A DNA stretch of 64,000 nucleotides. Source: Mytilus trossulus. Lineage: Eukaryota. The DNA is taken from the NCBI RefSeq assembly GCF_036588685.1, contig NC_086378.1:35092001-35156000 (forward strand), in the 5' to 3' direction. Positions 25,689 through 36,093 of the stretch are shown one piece after another. Both the position numbers and the translations under genes were made by a program. Numbering within the stretch: the stretch's first letter is position 1; every line of letters begins with the position of its first letter. Under the pieces are notes generated by a model. The model made no database searches, was not told the DNA's origin, and saw only the letters and a program-made list of their open reading frames with translations.

Positions 25689-26451
25689 TTAACATCGTGG
25701 AATACATCTACTCCAGATTTCATCTCCTAGCTGGTGTTTAGGCAAATAGATAGACGCGTTATCAGTGCAAAGCCATTAGCATTGCTTTCATTAGGGAATT
25801 GTGAATAAGTACCTGCAGAGCAAACACTATTTCTAGTTATACTGCAATAATGGACACGAAGACGCTTGACGACCTTTAATAGTACAGGGATATAGGCGAT
25901 TCTCTCTATCTGATAAATGTAACAAAAAGGCGCGGATAATTGATGAACATTTCCGGTGAGGGACATAACTCGAAAGTAGTCTATATATTCAGCTTAAATG
26001 AGACTTAAAGAAACAACCAGGAAATACCCCAATTCCTTACACTCATTTGGTCACCTCGATTATTGCTTCCACTACTCATGTTACTTCAGATCTCGAACAT
26101 ACAACTATTCTGAAGTAGTTCCAAAACTATACACAAATGTCTTCTCTATAAACCAAAATGATAAAATTACTATAGAATGATTCTATTCAAGGGAACAGTT
26201 AATGTATATGGATCATATTATAATTTGTGCGCTCTAGAAACAACAGCACCGTAAACCAATAGGATGCGACACTCTTGAATGTATCTGATAACCATTTGTT
26301 ATAAGATGGATACAGGCACAGAATAACTTTCTTAATACAAATGATTTTTTTGTTATCTTATTTAATGAAAAGGAAACAATTGGTAACATGATTTATGCAA
26401 TATATCACAATGGAAGCAAATTTTCCGACTTGATATCGACGTAATACTGAA

Positions 26452-26931
26452 AGGAGTAGGTCCAGTAAGACCCTTTTTTGGCTGTTTTTGACAATACAGT
26501 GCACATAGAACGGGAACTAGCACCATAAAGGCATGCTAAATTACTGAAATCTTCACAATTATAGCATTTTAGTTAAATTTTAGACGGTTATCGTGTAAAA
26601 CGAAAGTGGCCGCATTCGTGTTCAAATGAAATGTAAGTTGTATTTTATGATAATACATAACATATTTAAAGGTTGAGGATGAACACGGATGCGGCCACTT
26701 TCATTTTTGACAAAAACCATCTGAAAAGTGACATTTTTCGGCATATTTGGTAGATTTTTCATATTTGAGCTTGAATCGGATCGTTTTAATGACTAAATCA
26801 GTTCCAATCTTTCACATAAACTATTTGATTCAAACGAAATAGACACTTAAGTGTTTAAAAAGTGGTCAAAATCTTTCGTCAGATGTACCTGAAATTTGAG
26901 GCCAGAAACGGTCCTTACCGGACCTACTCCT
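26452..26931. mobile_element. MITE with AGGAGTA termini, TTAA-type target (Kolobok-like)
   Basis: TIR AGGAGTAGGTCCAGTAAG / CTTACCGGACCTACTCCT; flanks TGAA and TTAA; internal inverted repeat AAAGTGGCCGCATTCGTGTTCA / TGAACACGGATGCGGCCACTTT. Confidence 0.8.
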
Positions 26932-27695
26932 TTAAATCATCTATACTTGGACAAACCGTATTTAATATCCGGGTAAAGGAAGAATAGCTTATTTCCGTAC
27001 ACATACGGATGTTCTTTACTGAAAGGAAAATAAAAAAAAATATTTTGTTATAGCGAGGGAATTTTGTTTTATAGTGATACAAATAACACAATGATGACAG
27101 ATGTATCCTATTTTTTTAATTTTATATTGTTAACTATTATGTCTGTTTGCTTTGCTCACACATTGTTGTCAATATAATGAAAATTTATCTGACTGTCCTT
27201 CAAGTGAAAAATTTAGTTCGCTATTAAACCAAATTTAATCATCCATTTTTTTTACATAAGGACAGACTTGTACTAAATCAGGAATATGAAAGTTGTTTTC
27301 CTTCCGTTTGATGTGTTTGAGATTTTGACTTTTCCATTTAATAACGGACTTTTCGTTTAGAATATTCCATGGAGTTGATTTTTTTTAACACTTCAAATAT
27401 TTTAGTGTACTTATCTCAGGTGAAGAACTTCGTCAGTAGTTGTCTTTTATTTCATCTTCATTTTTTTGTTTTTTCAATATTTTTTCTAAAATAAGAGAAT
27501 TTTCGCAATTTTTGGGGCAATTTGTTTATAAACATATGGTATGTTGTGGAAGACCAAGTGTTGCTCAATTGTTATCCTTTATTGTGTTGTTGAGATGAAA
27601 GATAGATGCCTTATTAGATTATTCTCCACATCTCATTTCATTCATATTACAAGCTGTAACATATACAGAAGAATAATGTAGTGCAATATATTTAA

Positions 27696-28010
27696 GGTGT
27701 TACCCAACACTTTAAATAAAACTAATTTGGCTCGTTTAATTTTCATAAAATTTTGACAAAATGTTACTTTGACCCTTTGATAAAAACCGGGCTGAAGTAC
27801 GTTCACTATTCCCGATAAAATTATAAAAATTTCAAAAAACTTGAACCAATCACTTCCTCGGAAAAAATTGGTTGGATATATAGCATTTTGACAATCACTA
27901 ATTTTAATCATTGAGAAGCTTAATACATTTGTATTTCTTTAAAAATACAACGTGATTGAAACGTTAAGCTGATTTTACAGAGTTATCTACCTGTAGTGCT
28001 AGGTACCACC
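27696..28010. mobile_element. MITE with TTAA TSD
   Basis: TTAA|GGTGTTACCCAACACT ... AGTGCTAGGTACCACC|TTAA; a partial inverted copy lies at ~63155-63241. Confidence 0.8.
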
Positions 28011-28223
28011 TTAAAGCTTGAACAAAAACCAACAATTACAAATGCATATACATCATTTTCCGCAGTATATATCTAATGCCATTACTCTCATCTTTACTAA
28101 AATTCAAAATATAACAACTTCATACATATTTTGGAGGTTCGCACAATAGTCATGAGTATTTCTACTGTTAGTACCAAGAACTAAGTAATTAATTAAAAAA
28201 AATATATAACTAAATTGAATATA

Positions 28224-29981
28224 TTAATCATTAATTTCAATGTCCTCATACCATCCGTCCTTATATTCCATCACTTGAATTGTTCCGTCGTCAAATCCTA
28301 TCCAAATGTTGTCGTATAAGTCAACAGCAAAAGATGATGGTTGGTTTTGGTATTGGTCTATTTTGATAAGCTTTCCATTTGCATCTAAAAGGTGCTGACG
28401 GAAGCTCACGCGATCCAAAATTGTAATACGACCATCTCTTAGAAATCCAGCACCAATGAATGAATATACATTGTTCTCCCCAACTGATTTTTCATCTTTT
28501 GGTGGGTACCTCATCTTGTGATTCCCTTGTTTATCAAGAAGCTGTATCCACGACGATTTATCGTCCGGCGCACACGTAATGCAAATGTTACCGTTTGTAA
28601 ACTCATCCATGTATATTGGATTTTCAATTTCAACATTGTTGCTAATGTTAAGGTCATTCGTTTTTAATTTCTTACCAGAATACCATCGAACGACTGCTCC
28701 CTTTTCTTTACTTCCTGTCAATTGGTAGTCATGTAGTAGTACCGCGATATCTTTCTCTTTCTCTGCAGGTGTTGACACTGTACAAATAGCTGACAAATGC
28801 TGAGCATGTGCATTTATATGAGAAACTAATTTGCACACGTCCGAAGTTCTTCTTAGTGTTCCAGTCGCTGTTTGAAGTTGTTTGATGGTCTTCCTGTTTT
28901 TAAGACCTATAAGTAAACCATGCTTTTGACTTTTCCCAGCTGTAAAGGGTACTCCATCTATACACGAAAGGAGTATTGTTGATTGTGGTGATTGCTTCAA
29001 ATTAACCTCGCAGATATCAACTCCTATAATCCAAGCCTCGTAAACATTTGTTTTCGGCACAATCAAAGTAACAGCACTTTCACATTTGAAAGATTTAATC
29101 ATCTTGTAGTTTAAGTCTTTGTTATGAACTACTGAAACCCTTGATTTCGTATCTCCTTTGTTTGCCGAGTTTGACACGTATATGTCACTTGAATTCTCGT
29201 CGTAGTTCGTATCTGTGCCTTGTTCATTCATGTCTAAACCTGAATTGATTTCTTTTGCAGACGAGACAAGTTCTATACAATCTGAAGAGGAGTTTGGTTC
29301 TTCTATACCTTTCTTATATGTACACGGTTCTGCTTTCTCTTCATCTTTTCTATTCTTGCATTGAAAAATATCCTGATAAAATGCTTTTGTTAAATATTGT
29401 TCATTTATTTCAAAACAGGGTGGTTCTAGTTTCGGGATGGTTTCCGAGTCGTGTTCGATATGTAACATTTTTTTCATTTCGGAATCAAATTTTACAACAT
29501 CTGAAGATTGAATGTCGTTTTTTTGTTGCTGGACTTTCTCTGTTATTTGCACTAATTTGTTATATCGAGTTTGATGATGATTAAGAAATTCATCAAATTT
29601 TATGTTTGCTTGTCGCCTCGATTCATCAATTTGTCGTATAGTTTCTTCTTGCAATTCATGAAGAATTGTCTCTATTACTTGTGTTTTTGAACGAATTTCA
29701 GTAATATTTTCATCCGCTGATTTGTTAAAAGATTTTTTAACTTTTGTTGCAAGTTCCAATGTTTCCTTCAGACGTGGGAGATTTTTGTCAGTTATTTCTT
29801 CCACATTTTCAATCAAAATTTGTTTGTTCTTGGCACCATATTCACTAAGTTTAATTTTGATACATTTAATATGTTTCCCTGCTGCTGTTACACAATCGTC
29901 ACACACAAAAACATTGCATTCTTCGCAATAGAATCTAATTTCTTCTGAAGTGTGTTCAATGCAAGTGGAAGACAGTGACAT
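28224..29981 (-). CDS. RING-less TRIM-like protein 2 (close paralog of gene 1), 585 aa
   Basis: B-box CIEH...CEEC...CDDC...HIKC; long identical stretches with gene 1 (GNHKMRYPPKDEK, FIGAGFLRDGRIT, IKIDQYQNQPSSFAVD); acceptor TTTCAG| at 30001. Confidence 0.9.
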   Translation of the reverse strand: MSLSSTCIEHTSEEIRFYCEECNVFVCDDCVTAAGKHIKCIKIKLSEYGAKNKQILIENVEEITDKNLPRLKETLELATKVKKSFNKSADENITEIRSKTQVIETILHELQEETIRQIDESRRQANIKFDEFLNHHQTRYNKLVQITEKVQQQKNDIQSSDVVKFDSEMKKMLHIEHDSETIPKLEPPCFEINEQYLTKAFYQDIFQCKNRKDEEKAEPCTYKKGIEEPNSSSDCIELVSSAKEINSGLDMNEQGTDTNYDENSSDIYVSNSANKGDTKSRVSVVHNKDLNYKMIKSFKCESAVTLIVPKTNVYEAWIIGVDICEVNLKQSPQSTILLSCIDGVPFTAGKSQKHGLLIGLKNRKTIKQLQTATGTLRRTSDVCKLVSHINAHAQHLSAICTVSTPAEKEKDIAVLLHDYQLTGSKEKGAVVRWYSGKKLKTNDLNISNNVEIENPIYMDEFTNGNICITCAPDDKSSWIQLLDKQGNHKMRYPPKDEKSVGENNVYSFIGAGFLRDGRITILDRVSFRQHLLDANGKLIKIDQYQNQPSSFAVDLYDNIWIGFDDGTIQVMEYKDGWYEDIEIND

Positions 29982-32064
29982 CTTTTAGGTACATTTGAGT
30001 CTGAAATAAAATAAGCTATCAATGCTATAGTTTTAATGTTAGTTTTGCGTAGGAAAAACACCGTTTTTAACATTGTTAAATATATATTTGTGTATATATA
30101 TGACAAGAGTATTTGACGTTGCTCTGTACATATACATCCAGTCATTATGGTATTCATGGTATTGTGCTATGGTAATTTTTTGTGGGTTTTTTTTCTAATG
30201 TGCTTTGTGTGTATGCCTTTTTTGTTTCTTTCTTGCATATAACGTGGCTCTGTACTTATACATCCTGCCATTATGTTATTGTGCAATGGAACATTCTTGT
30301 ATTCTTGTCTTTCATTTTTTAATGTGCTTTGTCAATATATCTTTTAGTGTTATTTTGTTTCTTTCATAGCATATGATGCAGGCATTAGACATTTTTAGAA
30401 TTGAGGAACAAATTTGATGTTTTATTTGCATGTATATGTCCTTGAATTTGACACACACATTTCGTTTGACGTATGAAAATACAATGCAGATTTTCAATAT
30501 GATTTAAGATACATTATTTTACATATACAATTAAACAATCATACATGAAAATACATAGATCATGTACAAATACAAATATATCGCATGCATGCCAATAACG
30601 ATTTTCTTCACTTGGATCCCGTGCATGTGGTAATTATTCAAAATAAAACATTTACATATTGAATTTAACGTACGTGGAAAGTACACTTTAAATGAAAAAC
30701 TCTATCTATGAATTAGGTATAAACCTAAGGTTTCTAACATTAAAGCTCTTAATTACAAAACCGTGATAAATAGAATACATTTCACTATTTAAAGTAATAG
30801 ATATAAAAAGATATAGAAAACAACAATAAAACATTGAGTTATGCTTCTTTGTCTAAATATGTAAGATTGATCAATTTAATCAATAATGACGTGCTTCAAG
30901 TGGTTAAATTGAAAAAATTCCTTCGTGAATTTTACGGACGATATCACGAGTTGGTTGACCGTTTTGGAATATCTGTTTCACAGATACCGACAGATATGTT
31001 CCAATTGTCGTGACTACAATCTCGTATCTCTTTCTCTGAAAGTAGCCTTCTGAATTAGTCTTATCACCTCAAATGTTCGTGTATGATCAAGACGATAGGT
31101 ACAACATGTCGAGCAGGATCTGTGTACCCTTCCGGAGCACCTAATATAACACCCAGATTTTGGTGGTGATCGTATAACTCCGTTAGTCTAAAAAAGAAGA
31201 TGTGGCATGATTGCCAATGAGGCAACTATCCACAAAAGTACAAAATGACACAAACATTAACAACTATTTGTCTTTTTCTATTTTAATCATTGTTTTGTCA
31301 TTTCAGTTTGTTCATCTTATGAGTTTGAATGTCCCTCTGGTATCGTTCGCCTCTCTTTTATACGTGTTTAGTTTTCCGTAAAGTCTATGTAAGTCTTGGT
31401 TCAAGTATATTTAGAAACAAAAGAATGCTTTATTGTTATTTCCATGCATTTTGATAGCGGTTTCGTATGAAGTAATATATTAATGCTTATGAAAACATCT
31501 AAAATCTGTATACATATAAACATAAAAAATGCATGTGAAAAAAATCAGATTAAAAACAGATTTATATGTGAAAAATATTCAATATCATATTAGCTGAAGG
31601 ATACAAAAGCTACAGGACGTCGAAAATGTGTGTGATTGACAAAATAAAAGTCAAATAAAAGAAAATATTTCATTTGTCTAATCGGAAATGTTGAGTCGTC
31701 CGAAACCGACCATTTCAACAAAAGTTACCAAAATGAAGCTGATTGGTTTGATTCAGTACACTGGAACACAGTCATTAGATGTGAGGAAGTTCTGAAATGC
31801 TAGTAAGATGTCAGTAGAATGACGTCATCAAAATATCTGAAAGTGACAGTGAAGGATTTTACTAAGTGTGTTTGTTCATTGTATATTTTTTACGTGTTGC
31901 TTAAGGGAAAATATGTCACGCATATTTCTGTACAAGGGTAATGTAACAACAAATCGAAAATAAATATTCTTCTAAGTTGGATGCCCGGGATAAAGGACAA
32001 AATTTCGACAGTAACTGTCACGGGTCCTTGCAGAGATTTAAGAACATGCAGAAAGCCTGGTACT

Positions 32065-32797
32065 ATTTACATACGGCACCAGATTCAAATTAAAATCTTA
32101 CTTCTATTTCAAGTGAACGGCGTCATCAAATGTAAAAAATAAAATAATTTCTTTACTTAGTTTTTCCTTCCTAAATTTGAACCAGAGCTGCAGACGGAAG
32201 AAAAATATCAGTAAGGCTGCAAAACAGCCACTTATCTGTATTAAGAACTTATAAATTAATTAAGTATATTCTATGAAAACATTCACTGACAACATAAACG
32301 TAAGTGTACTTGAACTTATCGTTTTGGGTTTTCATTGGAGTTACTTTTGTTATTCTACTGTGTGGAACTATCGATCAATAGAACTTTGTTCTATATTACG
32401 AAATAAAGGTCATATAAAATTAAGTTAAGACCTACTAATCTAGCGAATTTTGGTATACACATATACTAATTTCTTTTCAAAAGTTGCCTTATTTTACTTT
32501 CCTTACCTTTTTGTGGCTTTTCCGAATTTCTTTCAGTTTCGATACGACGAATATCCACTTAGAATATCAAGTTAAATCAAGGCCACAATAGTGTACCGAT
32601 GATCAATGATCAAATATCGTAAAACGATTGAATAAAAGTTAAAACTTTTAAAAGTATTTAAAAAAGTATACTACCTGTTTTGTGTGGTGAATTTTCAAAA
32701 CGTGTATTTAAATACACATCAGAATATAGATTTTTACAAATTGTACAAAGCATATATGTATTATCTTTTGTAATGATTAAGTGAAATCATAACAAAT
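32065..32797 (-). promoter_or_regulatory. Conserved upstream block of TRIM-like gene 2
   Basis: Paralog of 24480-25065; contains GGCTTTTCC (32515-32523) and TTTCAGTTTC (32531-32540; GAAACTGAAA on minus). Confidence 0.5.
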
Positions 32798-32954
32798 GAA
32801 ATCACTGGTTTTTTTTCATGTCCGAGTTACCCTTCATATCTTTTTAAAGTTAGTTAATCTTCAAGTGTGAAAAATTATTGTATTGTATACCTTTTTCCAA
32901 CTCCGAAACTATGATATGCCAACACAAACTATGTCAGCCTTGACAATATAATGA

Positions 32955-33145
32955 ATACAACAGGTTCAGTTAAGTCTGCATCATATCTTGACTTACATCT
33001 AGAAATTAAAAATGAGGGTCGGTTGAAAACAAAAATTCACGACCAAGGAAATGATTTCAGTTTTCATTTGAAAACTGTGTAAAACCTGTGAATTTTCCAT
33101 TTCTGTATACTAGTATGTAAAACATTTCTAGCAGTACATGCATAT
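32955..33145 (+). pseudogene. Penelope-like RT C-terminal fragment
   Basis: Encodes SASYLDLHLEIKNEGRLKTKIHDQGNDFSF; homologous to 61825-61900. Confidence 0.6.
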
Positions 33146-33919
33146 GAATAAAATAGAGAAAGGAAATAATGGGGAATGTGTCAAATAGACAACAATCCGC
33201 CCATTTAACAGACAACATCAGAAAGTCACCAATGACTTAAAGTCTTAAATGCAGCGAGAAATTCCCGCATCCGGAGGTGTCCTTTAGCTGGCCCCTAAAT
33301 AAATATATATACTAGTTCAGTGATAATGAACGCCATACTAAGCTCCAAATTATACACAAGAGACTAAAGTTAAAAATAATACAAGACTAACAAAGTCCAG
33401 AGACTCCTGACTTTGGACAGGCACAAAAATGAAATTCATTCAAATTTCATATATAAATTATTTCAATTTCGCCCTAAATTCTATTACGGCACCTGAACAT
33501 GAAGAACAAGATTTTTTTTGAGAACCGATTGTATAGTTTTGTTATTGATATTTATCCCATATGTTTTAGATTAGTATTATTGATATACAAGAAATTTCTT
33601 GGTATTTCTAAACGGAAGATTATGCACAGAGAAGAAAAAGTATACTTAACAACAACATTATTTTCATTAACATGTGTATAATATGACGTATTTTTTTATT
33701 TTCAAAGTTGAGGTTTCAAAAACTGTTTAACATTTCACAGCGGTTTTATAGTTTTACTTTAGTTTGAATCTTTTTATTTATTTTTTGTCTTAATTATTCA
33801 TCCCTTATTTTTATTAACTATGTATTTTTATTGTATCACAGATAAAATTTATTCGTTCTGTGTGTGTTAATTTGTGTTACTACGGGTTTTTTTGTTTAGC
33901 CTTCCAATTAATATTTTAT

Positions 33920-34185
33920 AGTGTGTATTTCTTTGTTGTGATGTTATACTATTGTTTCAGAAAAGGGGAAAGGTTTGATACTATTTGACTTTGCTGTAAT
34001 TGTTTGTACCTGTCCTACGTCAGGAGGCTGATGTTCAGTGGTTGTCATCGTCTGTTTGTGTAGTTTATAAGTATTCCTCGTTTTCATATAGATTAGACCG
34101 TTGGTTTTCCCGTTTGAATGGTTTTATACAGTAATGTTTTAGAGAGTTGTTTCATTGGCACTCATGTCCCATCTTCCTATACTTT
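33920..34185 (+). repeat. Short interspersed repeat, family C
   Basis: Homologous to 41255-41629 in the tandem-array unit (ATTGTTTCAGAAAA...GTCAGGA...CATTGGCACT...CATCTTCCTATA). Confidence 0.8.
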
Positions 34186-34287
34186 ACTTATATCATAGAT
34201 TTTACAGTTCATTTCCGTATTCGGATAAATAAAATAAAATAAATAATCATAAAAACGATTATCGAGAGAAGAAATGAACATATTACA

Positions 34288-36093
34288 CTAGGTCTTGTTT
34301 TGGATATAAGTTTCATATCTATCATTGTAATTTATCAGCTGAATATTTTCGTTGTCAAACCCGACCCACAAATTATCATACATATCAACAGCCATACAGA
34401 TTGGCTGATCATGATACATGTCTATTTGTAAAACTTTTCCTCCTCTATCTATAAGGTGCTGACATCGTTTTGTTCGATCTAGTATTGTTATTGTCCCATC
34501 ATTTAGAAATCCTGACGCAATAAAATAGTTCGTTTCGTTCTCCTTAGATGTAATTTGTATTTTTGAAGGGTATCTCATCTTATACTTTCCATTCTTGTCT
34601 AAAAGTAGAATCCATGACGACAAGTGTTTCGGTGAACACGTGATGCATATGTCGCCATTGATCCGGTTTTCGCAAATGTGAATAGGATTACTAATTTCGA
34701 TGTCATCTGATAAAATTACAATATCTTTTGTCTTTTGCTTCTCTATGGAAAACCACTCAATAACAAATATCTCACTTGTAGGACTGAAGAATTTGCTTTC
34801 AGACATTGGGTCATCTCTAAGGCATATAATTATGTCAGAGCCCTTAGTTGATGATGTGCAAATTGCAGCTACATTGTTTGGATTGTCCATACTTGAAGAT
34901 GTGCTTGCGCATGCACTAGCTACACTTTTGGAATCGACGTACATATAGGAAGTTAGTTTGTAATTTTTAGCTTTGCTAAATAATGCAGAAGACACTTGTA
35001 AATTTCTAAGTGTCTTTTTATTTTCTATCCCTATCAATAATCCATGCGCATTGCTTTTACATGCCGTTAACACATTACCATCTAATGAAGGTATTCGTAC
35101 TGCGCATGTTGGTGATTCGATATTTAAATTAAGATCACTTATACCCGACCCTATTAACCATGCATTTCGACATTCCTTTTTCGGAACAATGTGAAATACC
35201 TTTTGATTGTGTTTGACTGAGACAATTACTTCGAACTTTTTACCTTTCGGGACTGAGCTATAGAAGTCGCTTCCTCTCTCATCGCTATATATCACTTTTC
35301 TATCAGCAACATTTGACGAACTTGTGTGTAACGAGTCAGATCGTTGTAGTTCTACATATTTTCTTGTTCGATTTTCGATAGATACATCCTCTTTGTCATT
35401 TTCATTTTGCAGTGTTAGTTTGAATACATCTGTATTAGAAAGTGTTTCGATAGGAGAAGGTAAATCATATTCCCCATAATCTAAGATACCTAATATATGT
35501 CGGAGGTTTTCTTTCATTTCATACTCTTTATGAAAACGGTGCTTTGGAATTTCAATTTTAAGACTTGTTTCCACAAACTGGTTTTCGTTCAGAAGTTCAT
35601 TCAGTTTTGAATCGTAGATGGCAATATCGCTTGTAGATATATTAGACCCTTTTTTCTCGATTTCGTCGACAATTTCTTGTATGTTATCTTTTCTTTGTGT
35701 ATGTTCCTGCGTAAAGGTGTCATACGTATCATTTGCAACTCGACGTGCTTCTTCGAAGCTTTTAACCAATTCTTCTTTGATTTCATTGAATATCTTTATA
35801 ATAATATCTGTCTTCGAGCAAACAGATTCTACTTCTTTATCTACTAAACAATTGAAAGATTGTTTTGCAATTTTTATTTGTTCCAATCTTCTGTTGATAT
35901 TTGGTACCCTAGTTTCTGAAGCTGATTTTGTGGTTTCCTGTAAAGATCGTTTCTGTCGTTGTCCATATTCACTTATTTTGGTTTTGATGCACAGGGTGTG
36001 GTCTCCTACCACACAATCATCACATATAAGTTCTTTGCATTCCTCACAGTAGAATCGAACCTCTTCTGTCTCGTGCTTTTTACAGCTTGTCAT
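34288..36093 (-). CDS. RING-less TRIM-like protein 3 (divergent paralog), ~601 aa from MTSCKKH
   Basis: B-box CKKH...CEEC...CDDC...HTLC; shared motifs HGLLIG, AAICT, NGDICITC, SSWILLLDK.G.YKMRYP, GFL.DG.ITILDR and AVD.YDNLWVGFD; acceptor TTTCTTTCTAG| at 36129 makes ATG 36093 the likely start. Confidence 0.88.
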   Translation of the reverse strand: MTSCKKHETEEVRFYCEECKELICDDCVVGDHTLCIKTKISEYGQRQKRSLQETTKSASETRVPNINRRLEQIKIAKQSFNCLVDKEVESVCSKTDIIIKIFNEIKEELVKSFEEARRVANDTYDTFTQEHTQRKDNIQEIVDEIEKKGSNISTSDIAIYDSKLNELLNENQFVETSLKIEIPKHRFHKEYEMKENLRHILGILDYGEYDLPSPIETLSNTDVFKLTLQNENDKEDVSIENRTRKYVELQRSDSLHTSSSNVADRKVIYSDERGSDFYSSVPKGKKFEVIVSVKHNQKVFHIVPKKECRNAWLIGSGISDLNLNIESPTCAVRIPSLDGNVLTACKSNAHGLLIGIENKKTLRNLQVSSALFSKAKNYKLTSYMYVDSKSVASACASTSSSMDNPNNVAAICTSSTKGSDIIICLRDDPMSESKFFSPTSEIFVIEWFSIEKQKTKDIVILSDDIEISNPIHICENRINGDICITCSPKHLSSWILLLDKNGKYKMRYPSKIQITSKENETNYFIASGFLNDGTITILDRTKRCQHLIDRGGKVLQIDMYHDQPICMAVDMYDNLWVGFDNENIQLINYNDRYETYIQNKT

